DNA of 62,246 nt, counting the filler, from Kipferlia bialata (Eukaryota), in NCBI GenBank assembly GCA_003568945.1. It is 8 parts of 7 records of this genome, joined end to end, with 100 filler letters (N's around TTAATTAATTAA, not from the genome) between each part and the next. Parts side by side here need not be neighbours in the genome. Positions count along the whole stretch, not along the records: positions 1 to 12,210 come from BDIP01001116.1; positions 12,311 to 17,812 come from BDIP01001117.1; 6 more parts are not named here. The stretch is one strand, 5' to 3'. Within the stretch, counting starts at the first letter, position 1. Each line of letters opens with the position of its first letter. The translations under genes and the position numbers were made by a program. Under the pieces are notes generated by a model. That model was not told the DNA's origin. It did not search any database and was given only the letters and a program-made list of their open reading frames with translations. Positions 1 to 12,791 of the stretch are shown in pieces.

Positions 1-225
1 GTTTTCCTTTTCTCCCCCCCCCCCCCCCCCCCCCCCCCTTATCGATTTTCACATTATTAGCTACTCACTACCAGGCGCCAGGCTGTCTAGTACCACCTCT
101 GCCAGGCCCACCAGAGGCAGGAGGGGGAAAGGTGGGGGTTATATGATATGATCTGACTGTAGTACACTCCTGGATTCATTCTCCAATAGCCACCGCCATA
201 ATGTCCTATTGTGTTCTGACCCCAG

Positions 226-1494
226 GCCGCCCTGCGTCTGTCATCGACACCACCTCCTTCGTGCCATCCCTCCCTAGAGACACCCAGGCCCAAGCCCCCA
301 CCCCCTCTGTCACTGCCACTCCCTCCTCCGTCTGTGCCGCCCCAGAGGCTACTACGGCTACTGCAGAGGCCTCTCCCCATGTGGTGACGCCAGCTGCCTC
401 TTTCTTCAACCCCATGACCGACCTGGGCAAGGTGTTTGACCAGAAGAGAAGGGAGGCAGAGAGAGAGGCAGAGAGAGAGGCCGTGCCCCCCGCCTCCGCT
501 GGCGCTGCTTCTGAGAGACCAGAGGAACCTGAGCGGGAGAGGGAGACAGGGACACTGCCCGAGGTGCCGACTGAGAGGCCCGACCGCCGGGCACTCCCCA
601 TGCCCCTGCCCGGCAAGAACCAGTTCAGGTGGGGGTGGGCCACTGGGTTGCATTGCCTCGTCATGCTATCGTTGTTGAGTGCTACCAGTCAGTCTCCCAT
701 GATAATACTAGCTATGTATATTTATACCCGTGCACCATTGTCCTTTTCAACAGTGTGTCTTCTCCATATCGAGCCCCACCTTACCCTCAGGCTGTCTCGC
801 ACCCTGCCTGCTGCCTCTGTCTCCAGGGGCAAGGACATATCTGAGTCCTCCCCAGGTGCCCTCAATGCACATGCACTATTGGCACAGCAGTTCAGCAGAG
901 GTGGGCGGTTGGATTATGGTCTTCTACTGGTCCTGTTACGTCAAGGTTCCACTCAGAGTCTCAGTAACAGTATCAAGATCACTAGTGGAGTGGTAATATT
1001 GAGTCATACTCTGGACTATACGTGTTATGTCCCTAACCCCCAGGCACCCCTCAGCTGAGACACGTACCCTCCAAGGAGGCATCCCCCGAGGATGCAGTGC
1101 CCCCTGGAGACCTCCCAGCCAAGCAGGTAGTGTGGGTGTGTATACAGAGTGTGGTTGCTGTAACACATAACATGGTGTGTGTAGCATATCCGGTGTCTCA
1201 GCCTCATCCCAGGACAAGAGGACCAGGGAGTTCTGTGGTCTCCTCAAGGAGTCGGAGGTCAAGGCGTACATGTATGTCAGAAGGTGTGGTTGATATTGGC
1301 ATCTCTCATAGTGTGATTGTATTGCAGTGTATACATGACAATACCCCCTTGATCTCCAATTCATACGATATGCATACCTGTATAGTTAGAGTGTCTGTGA
1401 CCGCAGGATGGGCTGGCCGAGGTCCATGATGGAGCTGGATCCCGAGGCACCCCTGACCCAGGCCCAGGTAGACATCATCAGAGAGGCAGAGTAG
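226..1494 (+). CDS. 5'-partial spliced hypothetical protein, low complexity, with a possible WH2-like motif
   Basis: Exons approx. 226-628, 791-900, 1044-1126, 1213-1265, 1407-1494 join in frame with GT-AG ends. Contains ALLAQQFSRGTPQLRHV and ends LTQAQVDIIREAE*. Confidence 0.65.
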
Positions 1495-1577
1495 ACATCA
1501 TCAGAGAGGCAGAGTAGACATCGTAGACATCATCAGAGAGGCAGAGTAGACATCATCAGAGAGGCAGAGTAGACATC
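1468..1577 (+). repeat. 23-bp tandem repeat (GTAGACATCATCAGAGAGGCAGA), 4 full copies plus partials
   Basis: Directly visible; the first unit encodes the last codons of the upstream gene and the stop falls at the start of the second unit. Confidence 0.95.
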
Positions 1578-1769
1578 GCTAGGATAGGGCAGAGTACTAC
1601 TTTCAGAGTAGTGTGCAGGAGTGTATGAAAGGAAGGAATAGATGAATATGTATCATTCAATGGTGGTATATAAGGTCAACGTTTCGTCCATTATGGACTC
1701 CACTTGTAGCAGTCCATGTTGTGTGTAGCCACATTGTGTCTGCAATGGAGCAAGTCTATGATAGGAGAG

Positions 1770-2020
1770 GGCTGACTCTTAGCAGTATGGCCTCCAGCCA
1801 CCGAGCCCAGGATGCCATTACGTGTTGAAAGACGACAGGGCTCGCGCAGGCACCAAAGGACTGGCCCGCACTGTCCTGCCGTCTCGCAGGGTGGCGCCGC
1901 AGAGGGCGAGGCCCTCGCCGCGAGGGCCTCGGGGCGTAGGAGGATTTGGCTGTAGCCACTGTTCAGGTCGAGCCTGGCCAGTTACATGCCCTTGCGTAGG
2001 CGGAGGGCTGCCACTGGGCA
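1770..2020. ncRNA. Candidate structured non-coding RNA, class and strand unassigned
   Basis: GC/CpG-rich intergenic island with nested stems: 1907-1917/1921-1931 (11 bp perfect), 1802-1808/1838-1844, 1795-1800/1947-1952, 1959-1981. Confidence 0.4.
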
Positions 2021-2230
2021 GTGAATATTACTATCCTTTAGTTCATTTTTGTACACAGTGGAGAGTGCTCCAATGCAGTGTCGAATACTCACATTATGTT
2101 TCTATTTACCTGGAGGGGGTACGCACACAACACAATACTATAATATAGTATTACTATATCCCTAACTAGACAGGGAATTATCAAGCTGGCCAGTGCGGAC
2201 GTTCTAGTAGTAGATGGAGGCGCATGTAGA

Positions 2231-2491
2231 CTACTCAGCGGTAACAGCCTCTCCCCTCCCAGCCTCTAAGGACGAGGAGACCTGGTGCCACACAGCCCAC
2301 AGGTGTGCCTCCCTCTTCTTCTTCTCAACCAGCGCAGTCTCAAGCTTCTTGGTCTGCTCTCTGAGGAGGGCCATGCTGTTGCTGAGCTTGTCAAATAATG
2401 CGGCTGTGGTGGCCGCGGCACGCTCAGGGGAAGAATCTTCCTCCGTGCGGGGGTTGCATGCCGGTGACGTGGTGAATCCCTGGGAGCTCAT
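2231..2491 (-). CDS. Small single-exon coiled-coil hypothetical protein (86 aa)
   Basis: ATG-to-stop ORF with GC3-rich codons like neighbouring genes and a heptad-like segment LREQTKKLETALVEKKKRE. Confidence 0.55.
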   Translation of the reverse strand: MSSQGFTTSPACNPRTEEDSSPERAAATTAALFDKLSNSMALLREQTKKLETALVEKKKREAHLWAVWHQVSSSLEAGRGEAVTAE

Positions 2492-3092
2492 TATATCTGG
2501 TGGAGTCAGTTGAAGATGTCTGTTAGAGACTCTGAAGAGTTGGAAAGATTCCGACGGAAACCGGAGGGGAAACCGGAGGGTCGGATATCGTATATAGAGA
2601 AAGAATGGTCCAAAAGCGGGTGACTAGCGCCGGAGGCCTGAGTGAGAAGGATAAAGGGACACACAGAGATACATAGAGTGTATTATCTTCTCGATGCCTT
2701 CTCGAGAGAGAGAGGGAGAGAGAGAGCAGTTGATCATTGGTCCTCTCTCAGTCTCTATTTCAGTCACTGGTCTGGAGAGGCTATTGGGTTTCAGGTTCTC
2801 AGGAACGCCATTGCCCTTGTCGTTTGCCGACCTCCTACACTCTAGAGGTCGGCCTCTGTGAGTCCAGCGTCTGACACCTGTGACCAGTCTTTAGCCCTGC
2901 TAATGGAGTCTCACGAACCCTATTTCTTCGTCCCAAGATGCGTATTGTCCGAACAATCTCTATAGTCTTCACAGAAAAGGTATAACGTCACTTGAGTCCT
3001 AAAATACAGAATATATTCAACACGGGCCACTGCCTAGGCGACAGGGATATGACACACTAAGATACAACCTGGTATCCGCTGGAGACACCTCT

Positions 3093-6000
3093 CTACTCCA
3101 TCCGGAGAGAGTCCTTGCCACTCATCCTAGGGCCTGGGGTTGCCCTGAGGGAGGAGCCTCTGCTCTGCCTGTTGCGCTGATCGAGGGCGGCCTCCCTCTC
3201 AATCTCCCGCACGTCCCTCCCCAGCACCTCGAGGTAGGGCTTGCCTCTGAACTTGAACACCCTGCCGTGCTTGGCCTCGTAGGCCCTCACAGCAGGCACC
3301 AGCAGCGTGTTGACCTTGGTCAGCTCGGCCTGGATCTCGCCCCTCTCCCTGTCCTCACCCATCAGACGGGTGGAGTTGCCACTGAAGAGACGCTCTGGGT
3401 CGGTGGCACCCACACTGAACTCCCGAAGCCTGGCAAGGGTGAACTGCCTCCTGGACACTAGCTCAAAGATGGGGAGGATCTCGTTGAGACGAGACACCTC
3501 CATCTCGCACTTGGTCAGCACCTCTGGGGTGGTGTCGACATGGGCAGCCAGGCCGGACAGGAAGGCAGAGACCTCCTCGGGCTCGGTCTCAAGCACCTGG
3601 GGTGGGCAGACATACGGACAGAGACAGAGATCAAGAGAGAGAGAACAGCCAGCGTAGCGGGTACATCCACCTCAAGAGTAATAGCAAACAGTCACATACC
3701 TGCCATAGCTCCTTGAGCTTGGTCCTGAGGTCGTAGAGACGCCCGGCTCTGTCCTCCTCCTCTGCCTTTGCCTCTGCGGCCACCCTGTCTCTCTCCTCCT
3801 GCTCGGCCTCTCTCTCCGCAGTGATGGCAGCCACCGTTTGCTTCAGAGTGTCCTCGGCCTCCAGCCTCACCGCACTCACACTCAGCTGCATCTCCTCCTT
3901 GCCCAGAAGGGCCACGCGGAGGTCCTCCTGCTCCTTGAGCAGACGGGACTCCAGAGAGGACACGAGAGTCTGATACTTCTCGCGGGTCGCCCTAACGGTG
4001 AGATAGAGTCCCAGGTACAGACCACAAATACGAAACAACAGAGAACACATAACACATAGTTGAATACTGTGGAAGTACTTGACCGTGCAACACATACCTG
4101 GTGAAATCAGCCTTCCAGACAAGGGAGGTGTGGTTAGCCTTCCTCAGAGCCTGCTCAGCACTGAGGCGCTCATTGGCTACAGTCAGAGGGAGACACACAC
4201 TGCTGAACACATAAGTGAATAGATGACACAATGCAAGATATCAGAGTACGTACCCTCAGCGGTGAGCTGCTCGTTGAGTGTCACAATCTGGCCCTCCAGA
4301 TGCTCGACATCACTGCGCATGGCGGCACGGGCGGCGTCGATCTGCTCCTTGGCGGACTGCTCGATGGCCTGCCTAGCAGCCTGTATGGACCCGTCGAGGT
4401 CGGCCTGCCTCTGGAGCCACTGCTCCTCCCTGGCGGCGGCATCCCTCTTGACGGTCTCCCTCTCCATCTCAATCACCTTGGCCAGCTCCGCCTCTCTCTC
4501 CCGCACCTCGGACTGGATCTGGTCCCTGACAGTGCACTCGTACCTGGCGATGGACGCCTCGGCCTGCATCTTGGCATCATCCGCACGCTGCTCGGCCTCT
4601 CTGACTGCCAGGTCGGCATCCGCCCTGATGGACACAGCCAGCTGCTCATACCTGCGGTGAGGGCACCGGCTATATCCACATCGTAGATGGTAAAAACAAT
4701 ACACAATAGTATCAACTAGCGTCTACCTGGCTCTGACGTTGGCCTCGTACTCCTTCCTAGCGGTGAGCAGAAGGGCAGCTCTCTCTCTGTGCTCAACGTT
4801 AAGGGTCTCCCTCTCTCCCTCCACCTCCTCTCTGAGGGACACGGCCAGGGCGTCGTGCTTGTCGATCAGGGACTGCTGGGCACCCAAGAGCCTGGCCTCC
4901 TTGGCGGCCAGCTCTGTCTTGTGGGTCTCGGCCAGCTCCTCCACCCTGGCGTTGCACTCGGACTCCACTCTGGCCAGGGCCTCATTGTGGGCCAGGACCA
5001 GGGCGGAGACCTGGGCATCGGCAGTGGCCCTGGTGCTGGCCTCAAAGTCCAGCCTCTCCTTCTGCCTCTCGGCCTCCGTGGCTGCTGCTGCAGTGGCAGC
5101 CTCTGCCAGAAGGGTCTTGTAGTGGGAGTGGATGCCGTCGACGTGGGAGGCCCAGTGAGCATCGCGGTCACGGTCTCTCCTGGCGAACTCCTCCGCAGTC
5201 TCGGTCGAGAATGCCTGCTTCTCCTCCTCCAGCTTGGTCACCAGGGCCTGCCTGTCAGAGGCCGCCTGGGTGGCTGCTTCGGCCTTGGCCCTGCTCAGCC
5301 TGGCCTCGGTCTCAGCGGTCAGGGAGGCCTGGAACTGGGCCAGCATCCCCTCGTACCTCTCTCTCTCCCTCTCCTCAGCGGCTGTGGCAGCCATGCGGGT
5401 CTCTGCCTGGGAGGTACGCAGCGCCTCGGACAGCTCGGCCTCCTTGGCGTCCCACTGGGAGTGCAGATCGGTGACCAAGGCGTTGTGGTCGTTGAGCTGC
5501 TTCTCGGCAAGGTCATCGAACTTGGCCTTGTAAGATGCAGCCATGCCCTCTCTCTCGGCGTGCACCTGCTGCCTGAGGGCGAGGCCCTCGGCCACAAGCC
5601 GCTGCCTCTCAGTCTCAAGCTGGGCCTCTCTCTCAGCGTGTCTCACAGTGAACCTAGCCTCAGCATCGTGCACTGCTGCCTGGGTCTCGGCCCTCACCCC
5701 TGCAATGACGCCCTCGCACTCGGCCTGGGTCTCCAGCAGACGGGCTGCCAGCTGCTCCTTGAGAGTAGCAGTGGCTGCGGCATGTCCCTCACGCACCCGC
5801 TCGAGGTGTGTGGCGCTGTTCTGCCTCTCGGCGGCCATGTCTGCAGCACATGTGTCCAGGGTAGCCTGGAGATCGGCTGCGTGAGTGGCTGCGAGGGCTG
5901 CCAGCCTGGCGTCTGCCTCCTCCACGCGTCTGTTGGCAGTAACCTCTGCGGCACTGACCCGGGCGGCGGTCTGCTGCCTGTAGGTCCTCTCCAGCTCCAC

Positions 6001-9000
6001 ACCCTGGGCGGCGTATCTGTCTCTGACCTCGGCCTCATAGGATACCCTCTCGGTCTCCACAAGGTGCAGGGCATCGCTGTGCTGCTGGCGAAGGGTGTCC
6101 ATCTCGCCCTGGTACCGCTGCTTGGCAGCCTGTACAAGGGCCTCACCCTCAGCCCGGTGCTCTCCTAGCTTCTCGGCCAACTCCAGCCTGAGCCTGGTCT
6201 CCCTCTCCTCCAGCTCATCTCTGGCTCTCTCCATGGCCTTAGCCCTCTCCCTCTCAGCCTGCGAGGCCTCCTGGGCCAGCTGGGCCTTGAGGGCGTCCAT
6301 CTGGGCAGCCATGTCCCGCCTCACCAGCTCCACAGTAGCCTCGGCCTTGGCGCGGATGTCAGCCTCATACACCAGGCGCTGTCTCTCGCCCTCGGCCTCT
6401 CTCTCCTCCCTCTCCCTCTCTCTTCTCTCCCACTCCTTGGCCTCTGCCGCCATCCTCTCCTGCAGGCTGTCCTGGGAGGCCTGTCTCTCGGCATCAACCT
6501 TGGCCTGGCACTGTCCACGCACACGCTCCACCTCGGTCTGAGACTGCATGCGCACCCCGTGCAGCTCATTCTCGTGAGAGGCGGTCAGGGTTGCTAGCTG
6601 CCTCTCCAGGGTGCGGTTGGCCTCGGCCCTCTCCTCCTGGTGGTGGGTCTGCTGGTTGGCCATGAGGGCAGCGTACTGGGCCTGGACCCTCTCACTGAAC
6701 TCGATCCTGGACACCTCGAGCGCTCTGATACGCTCCCTCTCCCTCTCCTCCATGGCAATGTGCTCGTTGCGAAGGGCCTCCTCCCTGGGCATGAGAAGGA
6801 TGTAAAAGGTGAACCGCAACACAAAGAAACATAGGTATATATGCATATCGTACCTGACTCCCATTCTCACTGCCATGTCGGCCTCAGCATCGGCAATGGC
6901 CGCTGCATAGCGTGCCTTTACCTCCTCCTCCTGCTTGACAACAGACAGGCGGACCTCGGCAACAGCGGCATCGTGAGCAGCAATGAGCTGGGGATGAGAT
7001 TCTACAGTCTAACTGTGATACCGAACTAGTGAAATAGTGCAATGCCCTACCTTCTCTCTCTCCTCCTCTGCGGCTGCGGTGGCCTCTGCCAGGGTAGCGT
7101 CCAGGGCCTGTCTCTCGTGGGCGATGAGGGTGTTGTACCTCTCCCTGACCTGGGCCTCGGCCTCTGTCTGGGCGGCCTTAGCCCTCTCCACACTCTGCCT
7201 GGCCTCTGCCTGAACAGCCTGGGCCTCCTCGGCCAGGGAGTCCTTGAGCTGGGCCAGGGTCTCTCTGTGCTCAGCGTCCCTCTGCACAAGCTGAGCATCG
7301 CACTCCTTGCGGACAGCGGCCTCACGCTCGGCGGCCTCTGCCTTCCTGGCCTCCTCCTGCTCGGCGACATACTGCTGGGCAGCGGCCCATCCCTGGGCCA
7401 CCTCGTCTGCCCTGGCCTTGCTGGTGTCGGCCAGAGCCTGGCGCTCGGAGTCCAGGAGGGAGTCGTACTTGGCACGGATGGACGACTCATACTCGAGCCT
7501 CTCCCTCTCCACAGACTGCCTCTCGCGGGCCACTGCCTCGAGACCTGCCAGACGCATGGCCTCGTACCTGTCGCCCTGGGCTGCCATGTCTGAGGCGTGG
7601 GAGGCCACAAGGGCGTCTCTCTCTGCATCGGCCTCGGCTCTGACGGTCAGCAGGGCTTGGGCATGGGCACTGTGCAGATCGGTGATGTCGCCCTCGAGCA
7701 ACAGAAGCCTCTCTCTGAGTACCTCTCTCTCTGCCTCATGCACAGCGCCCATCTCGGACAGAGCTCTAGCATGAGTCTCGGCCACCTTGTCGGTCTGCAC
7801 CGCAAAGGCCTCTCTCTCCCGCTGCAGCACAGCCCTAGTCTCCTCGGCCATAGCCACACGCTCGGCCTCCACAGCAGCCTGGGCAGCCTCTCTCTCTCTG
7901 TCGAGCTCCACACGCAGAGAGGACAGGGCCTCCTGGTGCTGGGCAGTCCTTGGAGTGAGACACAGTAAATACACATGACAGGGAAATGAGACGAATGACT
8001 ACAGGGATAACACGGCTCTCTCGCCAAACAGGAGTCCATACCTCTTGGCCAATGCCTGAGTGTGCTCAACTCTGAGGGCACTCTCGCGGCGCTCGTGCTC
8101 CTCTCTGGAGGCCTCAACAGCCTCATTGCGCTCCTTGAAGAGGACAAGACGCTCGGCCTCAAGCTCAGACTGTAGCTGGAGGCGCCGGGTCTCGTACATC
8201 TGATCCAATTGGGTGCGAAGAGCAACCTCTCTCTCTGCCTCTGCCTCTGCACGGCGAGTCTCCCTCTCTCCCTCTCCGGCTAGGAGCACAGCTCTCTCGG
8301 CCTCCAGAGCAGCCTCCCTGGCCTTGATCTCGGCGGCAGCGGCCTGCCTGGCCTCCTCGACCTGGGCGTCCATGGCCTGCTGCCTCTGCTCCAACAGCGA
8401 GGCAGACTCAGCCCTCACAGCAGCCAGTCTCTCCTCCTCGGCGGCATGGTACTGCTTCAGCAGCTCGTCGTGGGCTGCCTGTGCCTGCTGTGCCTGGGCC
8501 TCAAAGGCATGGGTCTGGGCCTCCAGGGCCTGGGCAAGGTCGGCACGCAGGGCCTCACTGGCCTGCTGGTGCTGTGCGGCAAGGACCGAGACCTTCTCCG
8601 AGTGGGCGTCCTCGACAACCTTGAGCTTGGCTGCCTGGTCGGCAACAAGAGCCTCAACGGCAGCAGAATGGCTCTCCCTCTCCCTGTTCAGGGACTCAGA
8701 GTGCTGGGAGGACAGCAGCTCTCTCTCAGCTGCAAACTTAGAGGCAGCCTCTGCCTGCCTCTCTCTCTCTGCCTCCTCGGACTTGGCCATGCGGTCCCTC
8801 TCTGCCTCTCTCTCCTGCTGTGCCTCGGCCTGCAGCTGCACACGAAGGCTGGCCATGGAGTCACGGTGGGACGCCAGAAGAGCCTGCCTCTCGACCTCGC
8901 ATCCCTCGGCCAGCTTGACCTGGGCCTCGGCGAGGGAGTCCACCTCACGCTGGATCCGCTGGGGTCAGAACATAAAGCAATACAAAATGAGAGGTTTCAT

Positions 9001-12000
9001 GATACCTTGTCGTTTGCCTCTCTCTCAGTCTCTATCTGCTTCAGAGACAGAGCCTTGACCTCCTCGATACGAGTGTTGCACTCAGACAGCAGGGCCTCCC
9101 GCTCAGCCTCCCGCTCAGCTTCCGTCACCCTCTCGGCCTCCTGCCTCTCTGCGGCCTCGGCCTCGGCCTTGTTCTCACGGGCAGCAGCCTCGGCAGCGGT
9201 GGCAGCCATCCACTGCGCCTCTCTCTGCCGGGCCTCCTCATCCACCTTGGCGGCATAGGCCAGTCTGGCGGCGTCCATGTCCCTTCTGTCTGCCTCCAGG
9301 CCCTCGACCCTCACGGCCATCCCGGCCTCCAGGGCAGCCTCTCTCTCCACAAGCACGGCATCCAGCCTGGCCCTCAGGGCGGCCTCGGTCTTGGCAGCGG
9401 TCGCCTCCAGCTCAGACCGCAGCTCCGCCTCCCTCTCGCGCATCTGGACGTCCACGGCCTCCCTCTGAGCCAGGACCCCTTCGACGAGAGAGGCATGGCT
9501 CTCGGCCAGGGCAGTCTCCCGCCGCTTGTGGGTCTCGAGCAGAGTGGCCTCCCTGGCGGCATAAGCTGCGTCGAGGTCGGCACTCTTCTGCTGCACCAGG
9601 GTCTCCACCTCGCCCTGCACGGAGGAGAGGGCACGCTCCACATCACGCTTAGAAGCAGCAACCTGGGCCTCAACGCGACGCTCACAGTCACGCCTAAGCT
9701 CCTCCTTCTCCCTCTCGACCTCTCTCTCTCTCTCTCTGACCTGGCGCAGATGCCTGTCGTTGGCCCTCTGAGCAGTCTCCTCGGCCTGCTTGACGGCCTC
9801 CTCCACTCTCTTCCGCACTGTCTGCTCGTACTCCAGCCTCTCCTGCTCGAGGCCATCCCGGGCGGCCATCACTTGAGTGTGCACGTCGGCCTTGGCGTCA
9901 AGCCTAACCTGGGGTCAGGGAGATAAGGTAGAGGAGAAAACTACACCAGGAAAATTGAGAATTCGTTACATCATGTATACGCAGCCACATACACGGGTCC
10001 TTAAGCAAACAGTTACCTGGCTGAGCTGGGTGGTCAGTTGGTCAATAGCAAGGGAATGGTCGTGAGTGAGAGCATCAATGCGGGCCTCGGCCTTAGAGAG
10101 GAGGTCCTGCTTCTGACCCTCCCACTCCGACACAAGCCGCTGTGTCTCAGCTGCGGCGGCCTCTGCGGCGGCCTCTGCCCTGGCCTCCACGGCCTCGAGG
10201 GCAGCGGTGTGAGTGGCTACCAGGGTCTCCACGCGGGCATCCGCTGCAGTCTTGGCAGCATCGACCTTCTTCTGGTAGTCAGCCTCAAGGGCAGCCTGCT
10301 CTGACGCAAGCTGGACCCTGGCGGCCTCAAGCGCACGCTCTGCCTCTCTCTCTCTCTCTGCCTCTCTCTGCCTAATCTGGGCCTGGGCAGCAGCGGCCTC
10401 TGCACGGATGGTGTCCCTCAGCTGCCTCTCTGTGTCACGCATAGCAGAGATAGTGGCGTCTACCTCAGAGCGCAGGGCAGACTCCTTCGCAGCAGCCTCC
10501 CTCTGCATCTCCTCCCTGTCTCTCTCTCTCTCCGCCTGGCGCTGAGCTGTGGCCATGGCCTCTCTCTCCCTGTGGGCGGCACTGGCGGCCTCCTCTCTCT
10601 CCTGGGCCTGGGCCTGCAGGGCCAGCAGGGCCTCCTGGTGGCTCCGTCTCTCGGCCTCCATGGCCTCGGCGTGGGAGTCACGCATGGCACTGAGCTGGGC
10701 GTCAACCTCTGCGAAGACAGAGCAACGGAACTGGGCTGCGTCTGCCTCTCTCTGCTCCTCCCTAGTCTTGCGCTCCTCCTCTGCCTCCCTCCGCACCCTC
10801 TGCTCGTTCAGAGCAATCTCAGCGTCCTTCTCCCTCAGTCTGTCGTACAGGACTCTGTCGGCGGTGTCGGCCCTCTCCCTCAGGGCATTGAGCTGGCGCT
10901 GCTTGTCCTGCATCTCGGTCACCATGCGCTGCTCGTGCAGCAGCGCCTGCTTCGACAGCTCCCTGTCGGCGTCTGTGCGGAGCATGGCGGTGCGGGCCTC
11001 TGCGTCCTGCTTGAGGGTGGCCATGGCCTGGGAGTGCTGCTTGTGGAGGGTGGCCTCGACCTGGGCCAGGTGGGTGGAGTGCAGCTTGGCCTGGGCGTCG
11101 GACTCGGCCTGGTACTGGGTCAGCGCCTCCTCCAGCTCCAGACGCAGGGCCTCGGTCTCACGCCTGGGGGTGGGCAGGAACCAATAGGCTAATAGACAGT
11201 AAACATACAAACAAACACGCTTAAAGGTGAGTGGTGAAGAAATAGGAGAACACACCTGTACTCATTAGCCTGGGCGGAGTACTGCTCCTTAATGACAGCC
11301 AGAGCACTCTGCCTGTCTGACCCCAGACACGACTGCAGCTGCAGCTCGCGCTGGTTGGCCTGCTCTCTCTCCCCTGCGATGGCCTCTGCAATGTCTCTGT
11401 CCCTCTCCAGCTGGGCCTGCTGCAGAGCCTGTCTGGCGGCAGACAGCTCGTTGCGGGTCTCCTCGAGCAGGGCGTTGTGGGACTCCATGGCCTCGTCCTT
11501 GGCCTTGGAGAGGGCCCCCTCAAACTCGGCTCTCTTCGAGAACTCGGCCTGCTGCAGCTCCATCAGCTCCTGCTGGCCACTGCGGATCAGCTCTTGAGCG
11601 CGATCGTGCTCCTGATACGTAAGATTTGGTACTGCGATACACATGAAGGCAAGAGGAGGACGGCAACTGACATATATATATATATATATTACATGGACGT
11701 CGTTGTGAGCATCGAGTACCTGTGTGAGCTGGGCCTGCAGGGCCTGGACCTGGGCCTTCATGCCCTCCCTCTCAGTCTCGAGGAGAGAGTTGATACGGGC
11801 TCTGTGGTCTGAGACCTGTGCATCGCACTTTCTCTTGTACTCCTCGTATGTCTCCTTGGCTCCCTCCACACGCCTATCACAGGACGCCTCGATCTCACTC
11901 TGATGGTGAGACACATATAGAAATACATATGAGCAAAAGGCCGGGCGAGAATGCAACCCACCCAGGTCATGTGCACAAGCATATGATGACATATATACAA

Positions 12001-12148
12001 GGAATATGAATACCAGTACCTGTCTGCGCCTGAGCACTTCATCGAGCTCGCTGGTCTTGGCGTCCAGCTTCACCCTCATCTCCTCCCTCTCGAGGTTGAG
12101 CTTGGCACGGGCCTCGTCCAACTCAGAGCGCATGCGGTCCTCTAGGAT
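3093..12148 (-). CDS. 5'-partial giant coiled-coil protein with C-terminal MAP65/Ase1/PRC1 microtubule-binding domain (at least 2,664 aa, 13 exons)
   Basis: Exons 12020-12148, 11720-11899, 11256-11611, 10017-11163, 9006-9908, 8042-8958, 7051-7948, 6854-6987, 4727-6784, 4254-4651, 4098-4176, 3700-3991, 3093-3596 sum to 7,995 nt in frame. The last exon has ATDPERLF..STRLMGEDRER..ELTKV..L...VRAYEAKHGRVFKFRGKPYLE, matching the PRC1/Ase1 conserved motif. Confidence 0.85.
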
Positions 12149-12210
12149 CTGGGTCAGATGGGGAGGAGGGGGGGGGGGGGGGGGGGGGGGGCCCCGGAGT
12201 CAAGAGACTA

Positions 12211-12310
12211 NNNNNNNNNNNNNNNNNNNNNNNNNNNNNNNNNNNNNNNNNNNNTTAATTAATTAANNNNNNNNNNNNNNNNNNNNNNNNNNNNNNNNNN
12301 NNNNNNNNNN
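12211..12310. other. Artificial contig linker
   Basis: N-run with central TTAATTAATTAA (stop codons in six frames). Confidence 0.99.
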
Positions 12311-12791
12311 TTTTTTTTTTTATATAATCCCCCCCCCCCCCCCCCCCCCCCCTATACCCAGTGCTTATCTTGTCTGCGTGACTGTGTGTTTCTTCTTCAT
12401 TGACACTCATTGTATATATGACTGTGTTACAATTGTATGTTTACCATATAGTCGTATATCCTCTATCCACTTACACCAGTGGGGCTGTGCCATCATATAT
12501 ATGGGTCTGGCCTATATCGTTGAGATACCATCACACACACTCTCTCTATATATGTATATGATTGTGCACTGATTCCAGTGGGGCAATGCCATCACTGGTG
12601 GATCTACCTCCTGTGTCGTTGAGACATCCTCTCTCTGTCTCTCTATCTATATATATATAATTGTATAATTGTGTTCTGATTCCAGTGGGGCAATGCTATT
12701 ACTGGTGGCTCTGCCTCCTGTGTCGTTGAGACATCCTCTCTCTCTCTCTTTATATATATATATGTATATATCCTCTATCCACTTACACCAG

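Noticed and set aside
829..855. Possible 27-nt GC-AG mini-intron
   Set aside because: In frame and stop-free, so it cannot be distinguished from coding sequence without RNA data.
4789..11192. Long plus-strand ORFs (e.g. 459, 281, 270 aa) overlapping the coiled-coil gene
   Set aside because: Antisense shadows of GC3-rich, biased coding sequence.
12255..12266. TTAATTAATTAA palindrome recurring seven times
   Set aside because: Always centred in 100-nt N padding; an artificial linker, so adjacency across it carries no biological meaning.
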